DNA of 64,000 nt from positions 731-64,730 of IMG/VR virus record IMGVR_UViG_3300017776_000008; one strand, 5' to 3'. The notes beneath the pieces are model-generated. The model did no database searches and had not been told where the DNA came from. It saw only the letters and a list, made by a program, of their open reading frames with translations. This DNA is from a virus. Lineage: Duplodnaviria > Caudoviricetes. The position numbers were made by a program, and so were the translations under genes. Positions 56,454 through 64,000 of this stretch are shown piece after piece; position 1 is the stretch's first letter, and each line of letters opens with the position of its first letter.

Positions 56454-56653
56454 AATCGTTTAAGGATATATGGCTACAGGCACTCGAAGATACGACAACA
56501 ATGAGTGTTGATCTTACTCCTAGTAAGCCGTTAAAAAAGAAAAAGGAAAAAGTAGAAAGACGCTATGATGGCCGAACTAAAGAAGGTAAAAAATTCGTTG
56601 AAAGAATTATGGCCAAACGACAAGCGAGAGAATCCAATAAAGTAGAGAAATAA
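56450..56653 (+). CDS. small basic protein with CTS-like N-terminus
   Basis: MKSFKDIWLQALE; YDGRTKEGKKFVERI. Confidence 0.65.
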   Translation: MKSFKDIWLQALEDTTTMSVDLTPSKPLKKKKEKVERRYDGRTKEGKKFVERIMAKRQARESNKVEK

Positions 56654-56657
56654 TATT

Positions 56658-57026
56658 ATGAGTAAAATTTTGATTGGAGTGATTGTTATTATGGGTTTAG
56701 GAGGATGGTTCCTCTATAATAAGAATGTTGAGTTGCAAAGGCTCAATGTAGCTTATGAAGTAAGAGATGCTGAGCAAAAAGAAGCAATAGCTGCTGTTCA
56801 GGAAAATCTACAAAAAACCACGAAAGCACTAACCGGTCTCCAGGTTAAAAACCAACAATACGAAGCAGAAATGGCTGAATATCTTGACATATTCAGACGA
56901 CACAATATTGCCAAATTAGCAAGTGCAAAACCAGGTATGATTGAGCTTCGATTTAATAATGCAACAAAGGAGGTATTCAATGGTATTGAAGAGGATAGCG
57001 CTCGGATTAGTGCTCTTAACGACTAA
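56658..57026 (+). CDS. putative inner-membrane spanin (Rz-like)
   Basis: N-terminal TM helix plus coiled coil; overlapped by a downstream lipoprotein gene. Confidence 0.7.
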   Translation: MSKILIGVIVIMGLGGWFLYNKNVELQRLNVAYEVRDAEQKEAIAAVQENLQKTTKALTGLQVKNQQYEAEMAEYLDIFRRHNIAKLASAKPGMIELRFNNATKEVFNGIEEDSARISALND

Positions 57027-57468
57027 TGCATGTTCGTTATTAGGGCCAAAAGAAGTAGAAGTAATTACCAAACCTATTGAAATAGATATAGTACAACCTG
57101 TTCTTCCCCGTCCACTTGATCTTAAAGAGCCTAAATGGTATGTCGTTTCTGATGCTGTTATTATAGAAAACTGCATTAAGAATCCAGAGACTAAGAAAAG
57201 AGATTGTAAGCTTGGAAAGGAAGATTTGTACCCTGAAGGATATACATATCTAGATAAATTCATTGATGATATAAAGAAAAAACATGGGGGTGATATCGTA
57301 TTCGTAGCCATGAGTGTTGAGGATTATAAGCACATGGCGTATAACACACAAGAACTAAAAAGGTATATTAACCAATTAGGCGAAGTGATAGTATATTACC
57401 GGAACGTAACAATAAACGACGCAGATGCTGCGGCGGTAGAAATACAGGTAAAAGAAAATGAAAATTAA
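56980..57468 (+). CDS. putative outer-membrane spanin lipoprotein (Rz1-like)
   Basis: AGGAGG SD at 56968; signal peptide MVLKRIALGLVLLTTNA-C; Pro-rich segment. Confidence 0.7.
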   Translation: MVLKRIALGLVLLTTNACSLLGPKEVEVITKPIEIDIVQPVLPRPLDLKEPKWYVVSDAVIIENCIKNPETKKRDCKLGKEDLYPEGYTYLDKFIDDIKKKHGGDIVFVAMSVEDYKHMAYNTQELKRYINQLGEVIVYYRNVTINDADAAAVEIQVKENEN

Positions 57469-58216
57469 AAAGAATATGACACGATGGGAAAGAGCTTTGG
57501 TTGCTTCTCATCTTTCAGCAATTGCTTATATGAATGCGACTAAAGGTCAAAAAGCGTGTAAAGCATTAGGATTCACAAAGGCACGATTGATTGCAAAAGA
57601 TGGTGCTGAAGTATTAGTAGCATATAGCCCTAGTTCATTATGGTTTGCATTCAGAGGAACTGAACCAACTAAACTAAACGATGTACTAGCTGATCTTAAA
57701 TTTATTAAACGACGAGCAGAGATTGGTGGTAGAGTACACGGTGGTTTCCAAAGCGAAGTAGATGAATTATGGGATGAGCTAGAAAAAGAAATCAAGAAGA
57801 ACAATAAGCTAGCTAAACCAAAAGAGTTATATGTCACAGGTCATTCCCTTGGCGGAGGTATGGCAACAATTGCAGCGAGTCGTTGTAAAGCTAGAGAAGT
57901 TTATACGTTTGGTTCACCTCGAGTTGGTAATGCACGATTTGTTAATAACCTGGATTGCCCTCACTATCGCTTCGTTAATAATAACGATATCGTTTGTAAA
58001 GTACCACCTTGCTTATTCTTCTTTAAGCATGATGGTGAACTCATTTATTTCAACGCCTATGGTAACATTCGTGATTTAGGCGTATGGCAAAAAGTAAAAG
58101 ATATGTTCCGTGGCATTTGGGCAGGCTGGAAGCAAGGCAAATTCTTCGATATGTTTACCGATCACGGCATAGGTAATTATGTAAATAACCTACAACGCAA
58201 AGTAGAAGGAGAATAA
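57458..58216 (+). CDS. class 3 lipase (alpha/beta hydrolase)
   Basis: Motifs AFRGTE, VHGGF, TGHSLGG, TFGSPRVG, NNNDIVCKVP, DH. Confidence 0.9.
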   Translation: MKIKKNMTRWERALVASHLSAIAYMNATKGQKACKALGFTKARLIAKDGAEVLVAYSPSSLWFAFRGTEPTKLNDVLADLKFIKRRAEIGGRVHGGFQSEVDELWDELEKEIKKNNKLAKPKELYVTGHSLGGGMATIAASRCKAREVYTFGSPRVGNARFVNNLDCPHYRFVNNNDIVCKVPPCLFFFKHDGELIYFNAYGNIRDLGVWQKVKDMFRGIWAGWKQGKFFDMFTDHGIGNYVNNLQRKVEGE

Positions 58217-58217
58217 T

Positions 58218-58583
58218 ATGTCTTGGCTCGTCGCACTCACGTTAAAATCCATTCTTGGTTCAGTCATTGGTAGTTCGTTCTACCAATGGTTCCAAGATAC
58301 CAAAGGTGGCATCTGGTTTCAAAAGAAGGTCGATCAATTTATGGAATACTTCGCTGAGAAGTATGATCTTGAAATGGCCAAAAAGGATGCCAAATTCCGT
58401 AAAAAGTTTCCACTACAAGCAGAACGCTTGGATCAATTAGAAGAAGATCTGGGAATTATCTGGGCACTACCAACAGTTCGCAAAGAACTATCTAAAGAAC
58501 TTACTACTGAGTTGCAGAATATAGCACCTAGTGGTGAAATGCCTATTTGGGTAGAAAAAAGAATCAAAGATAAATCTAAATAA
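58218..58583 (+). CDS. hypothetical protein with N-terminal hydrophobic segment
   Basis: ORF with a GGAG SD. Confidence 0.6.
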   Translation: MSWLVALTLKSILGSVIGSSFYQWFQDTKGGIWFQKKVDQFMEYFAEKYDLEMAKKDAKFRKKFPLQAERLDQLEEDLGIIWALPTVRKELSKELTTELQNIAPSGEMPIWVEKRIKDKSK

Positions 58584-58587
58584 TTGT

Positions 58588-58616
58588 TGTACATTCACAG
58601 TAAGATGTGATATAAT
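58588..58616 (+). promoter_or_regulatory. promoter TGTACA-N17-TATAAT for nrdA
   Basis: Exact family match. Confidence 0.8.
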
Positions 58617-58628
58617 ATACATAATTAA

Positions 58629-60944
58629 ATGATTGGAAATAATACTATGTCTATACAAGTAACGAAGCGTGATGGCACGTCTCAAGACTTTGACTTGGAA
58701 AAAGTACACAAGGTTTTGGAATGGGCTGTCGAAGGGATCGCTGGCGTATCGATGTCAGAGATTGAATTAAAAGCAAACATACAGCTATATGATAAGATAC
58801 CTGCTTATGATATTCATGAGCTACTTATTAAATCGGCTGCAGAGCTTATTTCAGAGCACACACCAAATTACCAGTTTGTAGCTGCTCGACTTATCTCTTA
58901 TAAGTTGCGTAAAGAAGTTTATGGTGATTATACGCCATGGACTCTAAAGCGTTTGATTATTGAGAATGTAAGTCGTGGTGTATACGATGGTTCTATTATG
59001 GAACAATATGAGCATACAGAAATTGATGAGCTAGATGCTTATATCAAACATGATCGTGACGATTCATTTACCTATGCTGGTATGGAACAATTCCGAGGTA
59101 AGTATCTCGTACAAGATCGTAGAACTAAGCAACATTATGAGACTCCTCAGATGCTGTATATGATGGTTGCTGCTACGCTCTTTATTAACTATCCAAAAGA
59201 AACAAGAATAAAGTATGTTAAGGACTACTATGATGCGATATCTCTCTTCTATATTTCGTTACCCACTCCAATTATGGCTGGTGTTCGAACTCCAACACGT
59301 CAATTCTCTAGTTGTGTTCTTATTGAATCCGGCGATAGTCTCGATTCTATTAACGCAACTTCAACAAGCATCGTAAAATACATCTCTAAGAAAGCTGGCA
59401 TTGGCGTAGGTGCTGGTTCGATTAGAGCAGAAGGTGCTAAGGTTGGTGATGGCTCTGTAGTTCATACAGGTTTGATTCCATTCCTGAAGTATTTTCAATC
59501 AGCAGTTAAGTCTTGTTCTCAAGGCGGTGTTCGTGGTGGCGCAGCAACTGTTTACCTACCAATATGGCACTATGAGTTCGAAGATCTAGTTGTATTAAAG
59601 AACAACAAAGGTACTGAAGAAACTCGTGTACGGCACATGGATTATACATTCCAGTTAAACAAACTAATGTATGAGCGTCTAATCAGCGGGGGTGATATTA
59701 CCTTCTTTGATCCAAACGATACTCCAGGTCTATACGAAGCATTCTTTTCAGACCAAGATAAATTCCAAGAGTTATATGAGAAGTACGAACGTGCTCGTTC
59801 TATTCGCAAGAAAACACTACCAGCTTTAGAAGTATTCCAATCATTACTAACGGAGCGTAAGGACACAGGTAGAATTTATGTGATGAATGTAGATCATGCT
59901 AACGACCATGGATCATTTGACGCAGAAGTTGCTCCAATTAAAATGAGTAACCTATGTTGTGAAATCGATCTACCAACCAAGCCATTGAAATCATACGATG
60001 ATCCTGATGGTGAAATTAGCTTGTGCACATTATCAGCAATTAACTGGGGTCTGATTAATCACCCTCATGAGTTTGAAAAGTATTGTGATCTAGCTGTAAG
60101 ATCTCTTGATGAGCTACTAGATTACCAAGACTATCCAATTAAAGCTGCAGAACGTAGTACGATGAATCGTCGTCCACTTGGTATTGGTGTTATTAACCTT
60201 GCATACTTCTTGGCCAAACGAGGAATGAAATACGATGAGTCAGCATTTGAGGAAGTCGACAAATATGCAGAGGCATGGTCATATTATCTCATTAAAGCTT
60301 CTGCAGATATTGCTAAAGAAAAAGGCAAAATTCCTTTAAATAATGAAACAAAATACGGTTCTGGAACGCTCCCAATTGATACATATAAGAGTGCGATAGA
60401 TAATTTAATAGAGCATAGCGAACGTCTACCTTGGGATGCATTACGGTCTCAGTTGAAAGATACAGGTATTCGTAATAGCACTCTCATGGCATTAATGCCA
60501 GCAGAAACATCCGCACAAATTAGTAACAGTACAAATGGAATCGAACCACCACGAGCTTTGGTATCTTATAAGCAAAGCAAAGATGGTGTTCTCGCTCAAG
60601 TTGTACCTGGTTACCACCATCTAAAAAATAAGTACGATCTCTTATGGGATCAGAAATCACCAGATGGTTATCTCAAGATTTGTGCTATTCTACAGAAATA
60701 TGTTGATCAGGGAATATCAGTCAATACGTCTTATAACCCTGAACACTTTGATGATAATAAAATACCAATGTCAGCGATGATCCAAGATTTAGTTACTGCT
60801 TATAAGTTCGGTCTAAAGCAGTTGTACTATTTTAACACCTTTGACGGTGCTGGCGAGATGAAGGAAGATCTACCTTCAGCTGTAGAAGATGCTGCAAATG
60901 TAATGTCTGACTACGACGAAGATTGCGATAGTTGCAAAATATAA
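58629..60944 (+). CDS. nrdA: ribonucleotide reductase class Ia alpha subunit
   Basis: ATP cone VTKRDG, QFSSCVL, SNLCCEI, C-terminal CDSCKI; uninterrupted. Confidence 0.97.
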   Translation: MIGNNTMSIQVTKRDGTSQDFDLEKVHKVLEWAVEGIAGVSMSEIELKANIQLYDKIPAYDIHELLIKSAAELISEHTPNYQFVAARLISYKLRKEVYGDYTPWTLKRLIIENVSRGVYDGSIMEQYEHTEIDELDAYIKHDRDDSFTYAGMEQFRGKYLVQDRRTKQHYETPQMLYMMVAATLFINYPKETRIKYVKDYYDAISLFYISLPTPIMAGVRTPTRQFSSCVLIESGDSLDSINATSTSIVKYISKKAGIGVGAGSIRAEGAKVGDGSVVHTGLIPFLKYFQSAVKSCSQGGVRGGAATVYLPIWHYEFEDLVVLKNNKGTEETRVRHMDYTFQLNKLMYERLISGGDITFFDPNDTPGLYEAFFSDQDKFQELYEKYERARSIRKKTLPALEVFQSLLTERKDTGRIYVMNVDHANDHGSFDAEVAPIKMSNLCCEIDLPTKPLKSYDDPDGEISLCTLSAINWGLINHPHEFEKYCDLAVRSLDELLDYQDYPIKAAERSTMNRRPLGIGVINLAYFLAKRGMKYDESAFEEVDKYAEAWSYYLIKASADIAKEKGKIPLNNETKYGSGTLPIDTYKSAIDNLIEHSERLPWDALRSQLKDTGIRNSTLMALMPAETSAQISNSTNGIEPPRALVSYKQSKDGVLAQVVPGYHHLKNKYDLLWDQKSPDGYLKICAILQKYVDQGISVNTSYNPEHFDDNKIPMSAMIQDLVTAYKFGLKQLYYFNTFDGAGEMKEDLPSAVEDAANVMSDYDEDCDSCKI

Positions 60945-60955
60945 AGGAACCATAA

Positions 60956-62032
60956 ATGACAGTATTGAAAAAGAATAGAAAATCACATTTAGACAAGAAG
61001 ATGTTTCTTGATGAGGCGGTTGATATTCAAAGATTTGATGAGCTAAAGTATCCAGCAATTGATAAGGTAACAGAAAAGCAATTGGGATTCTTTTGGCGAC
61101 CAGAAGAAGTAGATATTTCTAAGGATAAGAAAGACTTCAATGGATTAACTGAGCATGAAAAGCATATCTTTACTTCTAACCTCAAAAGACAAATATTGCT
61201 CGACTCTGTACAAGGTCGTGCACCTAACCTAGCATTTTTACCTATCTGTTCTTTGCCTGAGGTAGAGAACTGGATTGAAACCTGGTCGTTCTTTGAAACT
61301 ATTCATAGTCGATCGTATACACATATTATCCGTAACATTTATCCAGACCCTTCATTCGTATTTGATGGAATGCTAGATGTTAAGGAAATACTAGAGTGCG
61401 GTAAGGACATCGCACAATACTATGATACTCTTATTGAAGCAAATGAGAATAAAGATATTAGTAAGATGGATCATAAGAGAGCGATATGGATGTGCTTAAT
61501 GAGTGCTAACGCTCTCGAAGGTATTAGGTTTTATGTATCCTTTGCATGTTCATGGGCATTTGCTGAGCTCAAGAAGATGGAAGGTAATGCTAAGATTATT
61601 AAGTTTATCGCAAGAGATGAGAACACTCACCTTGCTGGTACTACAATGATGATCAAGAAGCTATTACTAGAAGACAAAGACTTTGTTAAGATTGCAAAGG
61701 AAATGGAATCAGACGTAGTAAAACTATTTCAATCAGTAATCGAGCAAGAAAAAGAGTGGGCACATTACCTCTTTAGAGATGGCTCAATGATTGGCTTAAA
61801 TGAGGCTATTCTAAAAGAATATATAGAATGGATTGGTTGTAAAAGAATGAGAGCATTAAGTCTTCACTGCCCTTATACTGTTCCACAAGCTAATCCTCTA
61901 CCATGGACACAAAAGTGGATTGGTGGAAGCGATGTACAGGTAGCACCACAAGAAACAGAAATCAGCTCTTATGTTGTTGGTGGTGTAAAACAAGATGTTG
62001 ACGATAACGTACTTAAAGGTTTAAGTTTATGA
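60956..62032 (+). CDS. nrdB: ribonucleotide reductase class Ia beta subunit
   Basis: Motifs FFWRPEE, ETIHSRSY, EGIRFY, RDENTH, APQETEISSY. Confidence 0.97.
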   Translation: MTVLKKNRKSHLDKKMFLDEAVDIQRFDELKYPAIDKVTEKQLGFFWRPEEVDISKDKKDFNGLTEHEKHIFTSNLKRQILLDSVQGRAPNLAFLPICSLPEVENWIETWSFFETIHSRSYTHIIRNIYPDPSFVFDGMLDVKEILECGKDIAQYYDTLIEANENKDISKMDHKRAIWMCLMSANALEGIRFYVSFACSWAFAELKKMEGNAKIIKFIARDENTHLAGTTMMIKKLLLEDKDFVKIAKEMESDVVKLFQSVIEQEKEWAHYLFRDGSMIGLNEAILKEYIEWIGCKRMRALSLHCPYTVPQANPLPWTQKWIGGSDVQVAPQETEISSYVVGGVKQDVDDNVLKGLSL

Positions 62033-62259
62033 TTAATATTTACGGAAAAGATCAATGCCCACGATGCGATATGGCTAAGAATATTGCAGAACAAGGTGGT
62101 ATTGAATATGTTTATAAAAAGCTTGGTGTCGATTACACCAAAGATGAATTGTTAGAAAAGTTTCCAGGCGCAATGTCTGTTCCTCAGATTAGCTCAGATG
62201 ATACGCCGATTGGTGGATATCCAGAGTTTAGTCGTTGGCTTCAAAATCAAGATAGTTAA
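62029..62259 (+). CDS. nrdC: glutaredoxin
   Basis: Motifs CPRC, SVPQI, IGGY. Confidence 0.88.
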   Translation: MINIYGKDQCPRCDMAKNIAEQGGIEYVYKKLGVDYTKDELLEKFPGAMSVPQISSDDTPIGGYPEFSRWLQNQDS

Positions 62260-62268
62260 GGAGATTAA

Positions 62269-62424
62269 ATGCAAATACCGGGCCAAGTTTCATTAGAGTG
62301 TATTAACTGTTTTTCATCATGCGATATTACATTCGAAGATGATCCTCCAAAATTAGTACACTGTCCGTATTGCGGAGCTGAACAAGAAGTCGAAAGGGAT
62401 TATGAATTAGACTTCAGCGAATAA
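62269..62424 (+). CDS. 51-aa zinc-ribbon protein (missed by the ORF track)
   Basis: CINC...CPYCG; AGGAG SD. Confidence 0.75.
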   Translation: MQIPGQVSLECINCFSSCDITFEDDPPKLVHCPYCGAEQEVERDYELDFSE

Positions 62425-62425
62425 A

Positions 62426-62851
62426 ATGGATTGGATTTACGAAGGAAAAGAATATAACTTACCAGAAGATTGTGATCACAAACAATTATATGGATTTGTT
62501 TATTTGATAACTAACAAAGAGACAAGTCAGAAGTACGTAGGTAAGAAATTCTTCTGGTTTAAGAAGACTAAACCTAAGACCAAGACAAGAAAACGTCGCC
62601 AACGCTTATTAGTTGAGAGTGATTGGAAAAATTATTATGGATCTAATAAGCATTTAAAAGCAGATGTAGAAAAACATGGTGAGGGTCTCTTTACTCGAGA
62701 GATTCTTCATCTATGTAAAACTCGTGGAGAGTGTGCTTACTTAGAAGCTAAGGAACAATTCGATCGAGGTGTTCTTCTAACCGATGACTATTATAATGGA
62801 ATCATTCAAATAAAACTTGGTGGTAATGCAATAAAAACCCTGTACAAATAG
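62426..62851 (+). CDS. GIY-YIG nuclease-family protein
   Basis: GFVYLITN...KYVGKK...YYGS...REIL...YLE...YYN. Confidence 0.85.
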   Translation: MDWIYEGKEYNLPEDCDHKQLYGFVYLITNKETSQKYVGKKFFWFKKTKPKTKTRKRRQRLLVESDWKNYYGSNKHLKADVEKHGEGLFTREILHLCKTRGECAYLEAKEQFDRGVLLTDDYYNGIIQIKLGGNAIKTLYK

Positions 62852-62869
62852 CAGAGAGTGTGATATAAT
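62841..62869 (+). promoter_or_regulatory. promoter TGTACA-N17-TATAAT
   Basis: Exact family match; ATG 9 nt downstream of the -10. Confidence 0.78.
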
Positions 62870-62878
62870 ATACACATT

Positions 62879-63250
62879 ATGGGAAAGATAATAGAGTTTC
62901 CTTCGGGAAAAGTAATAGAAAAGCCAAGGGATGAGACAGAAATCCTTAACGAATATCTATGCGAAGCTGTAGACGTTGCGCAGCATCTGATTCTTACAAT
63001 GAACGATGAGATAGAAAGGCTTATTGAAGAAGATGGCATTGATTGGTTGCAAGGTTTTAATATGAGAGACGAAGAGTATCCTGAAGCAAGAGATGCGCAT
63101 GTGTTAGTTAATATAATGCACACAATGTTTGTCAGATATTTAGGACTTGACCATAGGTTACAAAAGGATGCTGATAGCTTCTATATTAAGCTAAAAGCAT
63201 TAGAACTAAAAGATAGAATGGGTGAACCAGAAGAAGATGATATTACTTGA
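62879..63250 (+). CDS. hypothetical protein
   Basis: MGKIIEFP start, typical of marine phage hypotheticals. Confidence 0.65.
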   Translation: MGKIIEFPSGKVIEKPRDETEILNEYLCEAVDVAQHLILTMNDEIERLIEEDGIDWLQGFNMRDEEYPEARDAHVLVNIMHTMFVRYLGLDHRLQKDADSFYIKLKALELKDRMGEPEEDDIT

Positions 63251-64000
63251 TTATAGTCAGATAGCGCTAAGCAATATTATAGTGCAGAAATTAAATGATG
63301 AAAACATGATAAGGCATATGATTTTAAACAGTATTCGTATGTACAATAAAAAATACCGAGCTGAATACGGCCAAATGGTTATATGTGTTGATAGTCCAAA
63401 CAATTGGCGAAAGACTGTATATCCAGCATATAAGGCAAACCGTAAAAAGAAACGCGATGGCTCATCTGATATGGATTGGCCAGAAGTATTTAGAATTATT
63501 AATACGATACGAGAAGAGTTACAACAAAACTTTCCGTACAAGGTGATACAAGTTGAAGGTGCAGAAGCTGATGATATCATTGGTTCTCTTACGCTACAAA
63601 CACAAGAGTTCGGCCAGCACGAACCAGTAATGATTGTATCCTCAGATAAAGATTTTATTCAATTACACAGGTTTAGCAATGTTAAACAGTTTTCTCCAAT
63701 TCAAAAGAAAATGGTTGCAGACAAGAACCCTCTCACATATATGTGGAATCATATTATGCGTGGCGATACTGGAGACGGTGTCCCGAATATATTATCCGCA
63801 GACAATACTTTTGTGGACTCACTCAAACAGACACCACTACGTCAAACCAGAATCGACGAGTGGATCGAGTCTTCAGATAGATTAAGAGAGGTCATGCCAG
63901 AAGAGATTTATCGCAATTACCAACGCAATAAAAAACTGATTGATCTAACAGAAACACCTGATGATCTAAATCAAAAAATTATAAATACATTTAACACACA
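63237..64000 (+). CDS. rnh: T4 RNase H / 5'-3' exonuclease (truncated by the window end; missed by the ORF track)
   Basis: Translated by hand: MILLDYSQIALS...WRKTVYPAYKANRK...EADDII...SSDKDFIQL...GDTGDGVPN. Confidence 0.92.
   Translation, partial: MILLDYSQIALSNIIVQKLNDENMIRHMILNSIRMYNKKYRAEYGQMVICVDSPNNWRKTVYPAYKANRKKKRDGSSDMDWPEVFRIINTIREELQQNFPYKVIQVEGAEADDIIGSLTLQTQEFGQHEPVMIVSSDKDFIQLHRFSNVKQFSPIQKKMVADKNPLTYMWNHIMRGDTGDGVPNILSADNTFVDSLKQTPLRQTRIDEWIESSDRLREVMPEEIYRNYQRNKKLIDLTETPDDLNQKIINTFNT

Noticed and set aside
32309-62032. Introns or inteins in gp43, gp41, nrdA, nrdB
   Set aside because: All are continuous ORFs of normal length with no intein or homing-endonuclease insertions visible.
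1985-63580. Numerous minus-strand and nested ORFs of 60-146 aa in the ORF track
   Set aside because: They are antisense or alternative-frame shadows of well-supported + strand genes, with no SD or recognisable motifs.
63634-63885. 83-aa + strand ORF
   Set aside because: Out-of-frame overlap inside RNase H (63237 to window end), which the track missed because it has no stop codon in the window.
1-64000. tRNA genes, CRISPR arrays, stop-codon reassignment
   Set aside because: No cloverleaf/T-loop signatures or repeat-spacer arrays were seen by eye. Core genes are full length under the standard code and end in TAA, TAG and TGA.

Overview
This 64 kb window comes from a T4-like (Tevenvirinae/Kyanoviridae-style) myovirus genome, probably a marine phage of a heterotrophic proteobacterium; no photosynthesis genes are present. 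Essentially all genes lie on the + strand. In order it carries the neck/terminase/tail/head module (gp13-gp23, gp3) with a RimK-like ligase inserted after gp17, then uvsY-uvsW, gp55-47-46, a vWA/MoxR pair, gp45-44-62-regA, a late-expressed 810-aa insertion, hsp20 and gp43. Next come an AEP-type primase and a cytosine hypermodification cluster (dCMP hydroxymethylase, dCMP deaminase, glycosyltransferase, C5-MTase-fold protein, SDR epimerase, UDP-sugar dehydrogenase). The remainder holds bS21, uvsX, gp41, a late cluster of about 11 proteins with T4-type capsid-targeting N-termini, a spanin/lipase cassette, nrdABC and RNase H. Two promoter classes are visible: TGTACA-N17-TATAAT and late TATAAATA. 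The most notable observations are (i) clamp-binding C-terminal tails on the DNA-modifying enzymes, (ii) a putative capsid-packaged enzyme set, (iii) a pseudoknotted RBS-occluding leader upstream of an unannotated YRG peptide, (iv) a ROSE-like thermometer on hsp20, (v) a lone antisense promoter firing a G-rich RNA next to uvsW, and (vi) RimK plus bS21 as possible ribosome remodelling. All family assignments come from motif recognition by eye; no database search was run.
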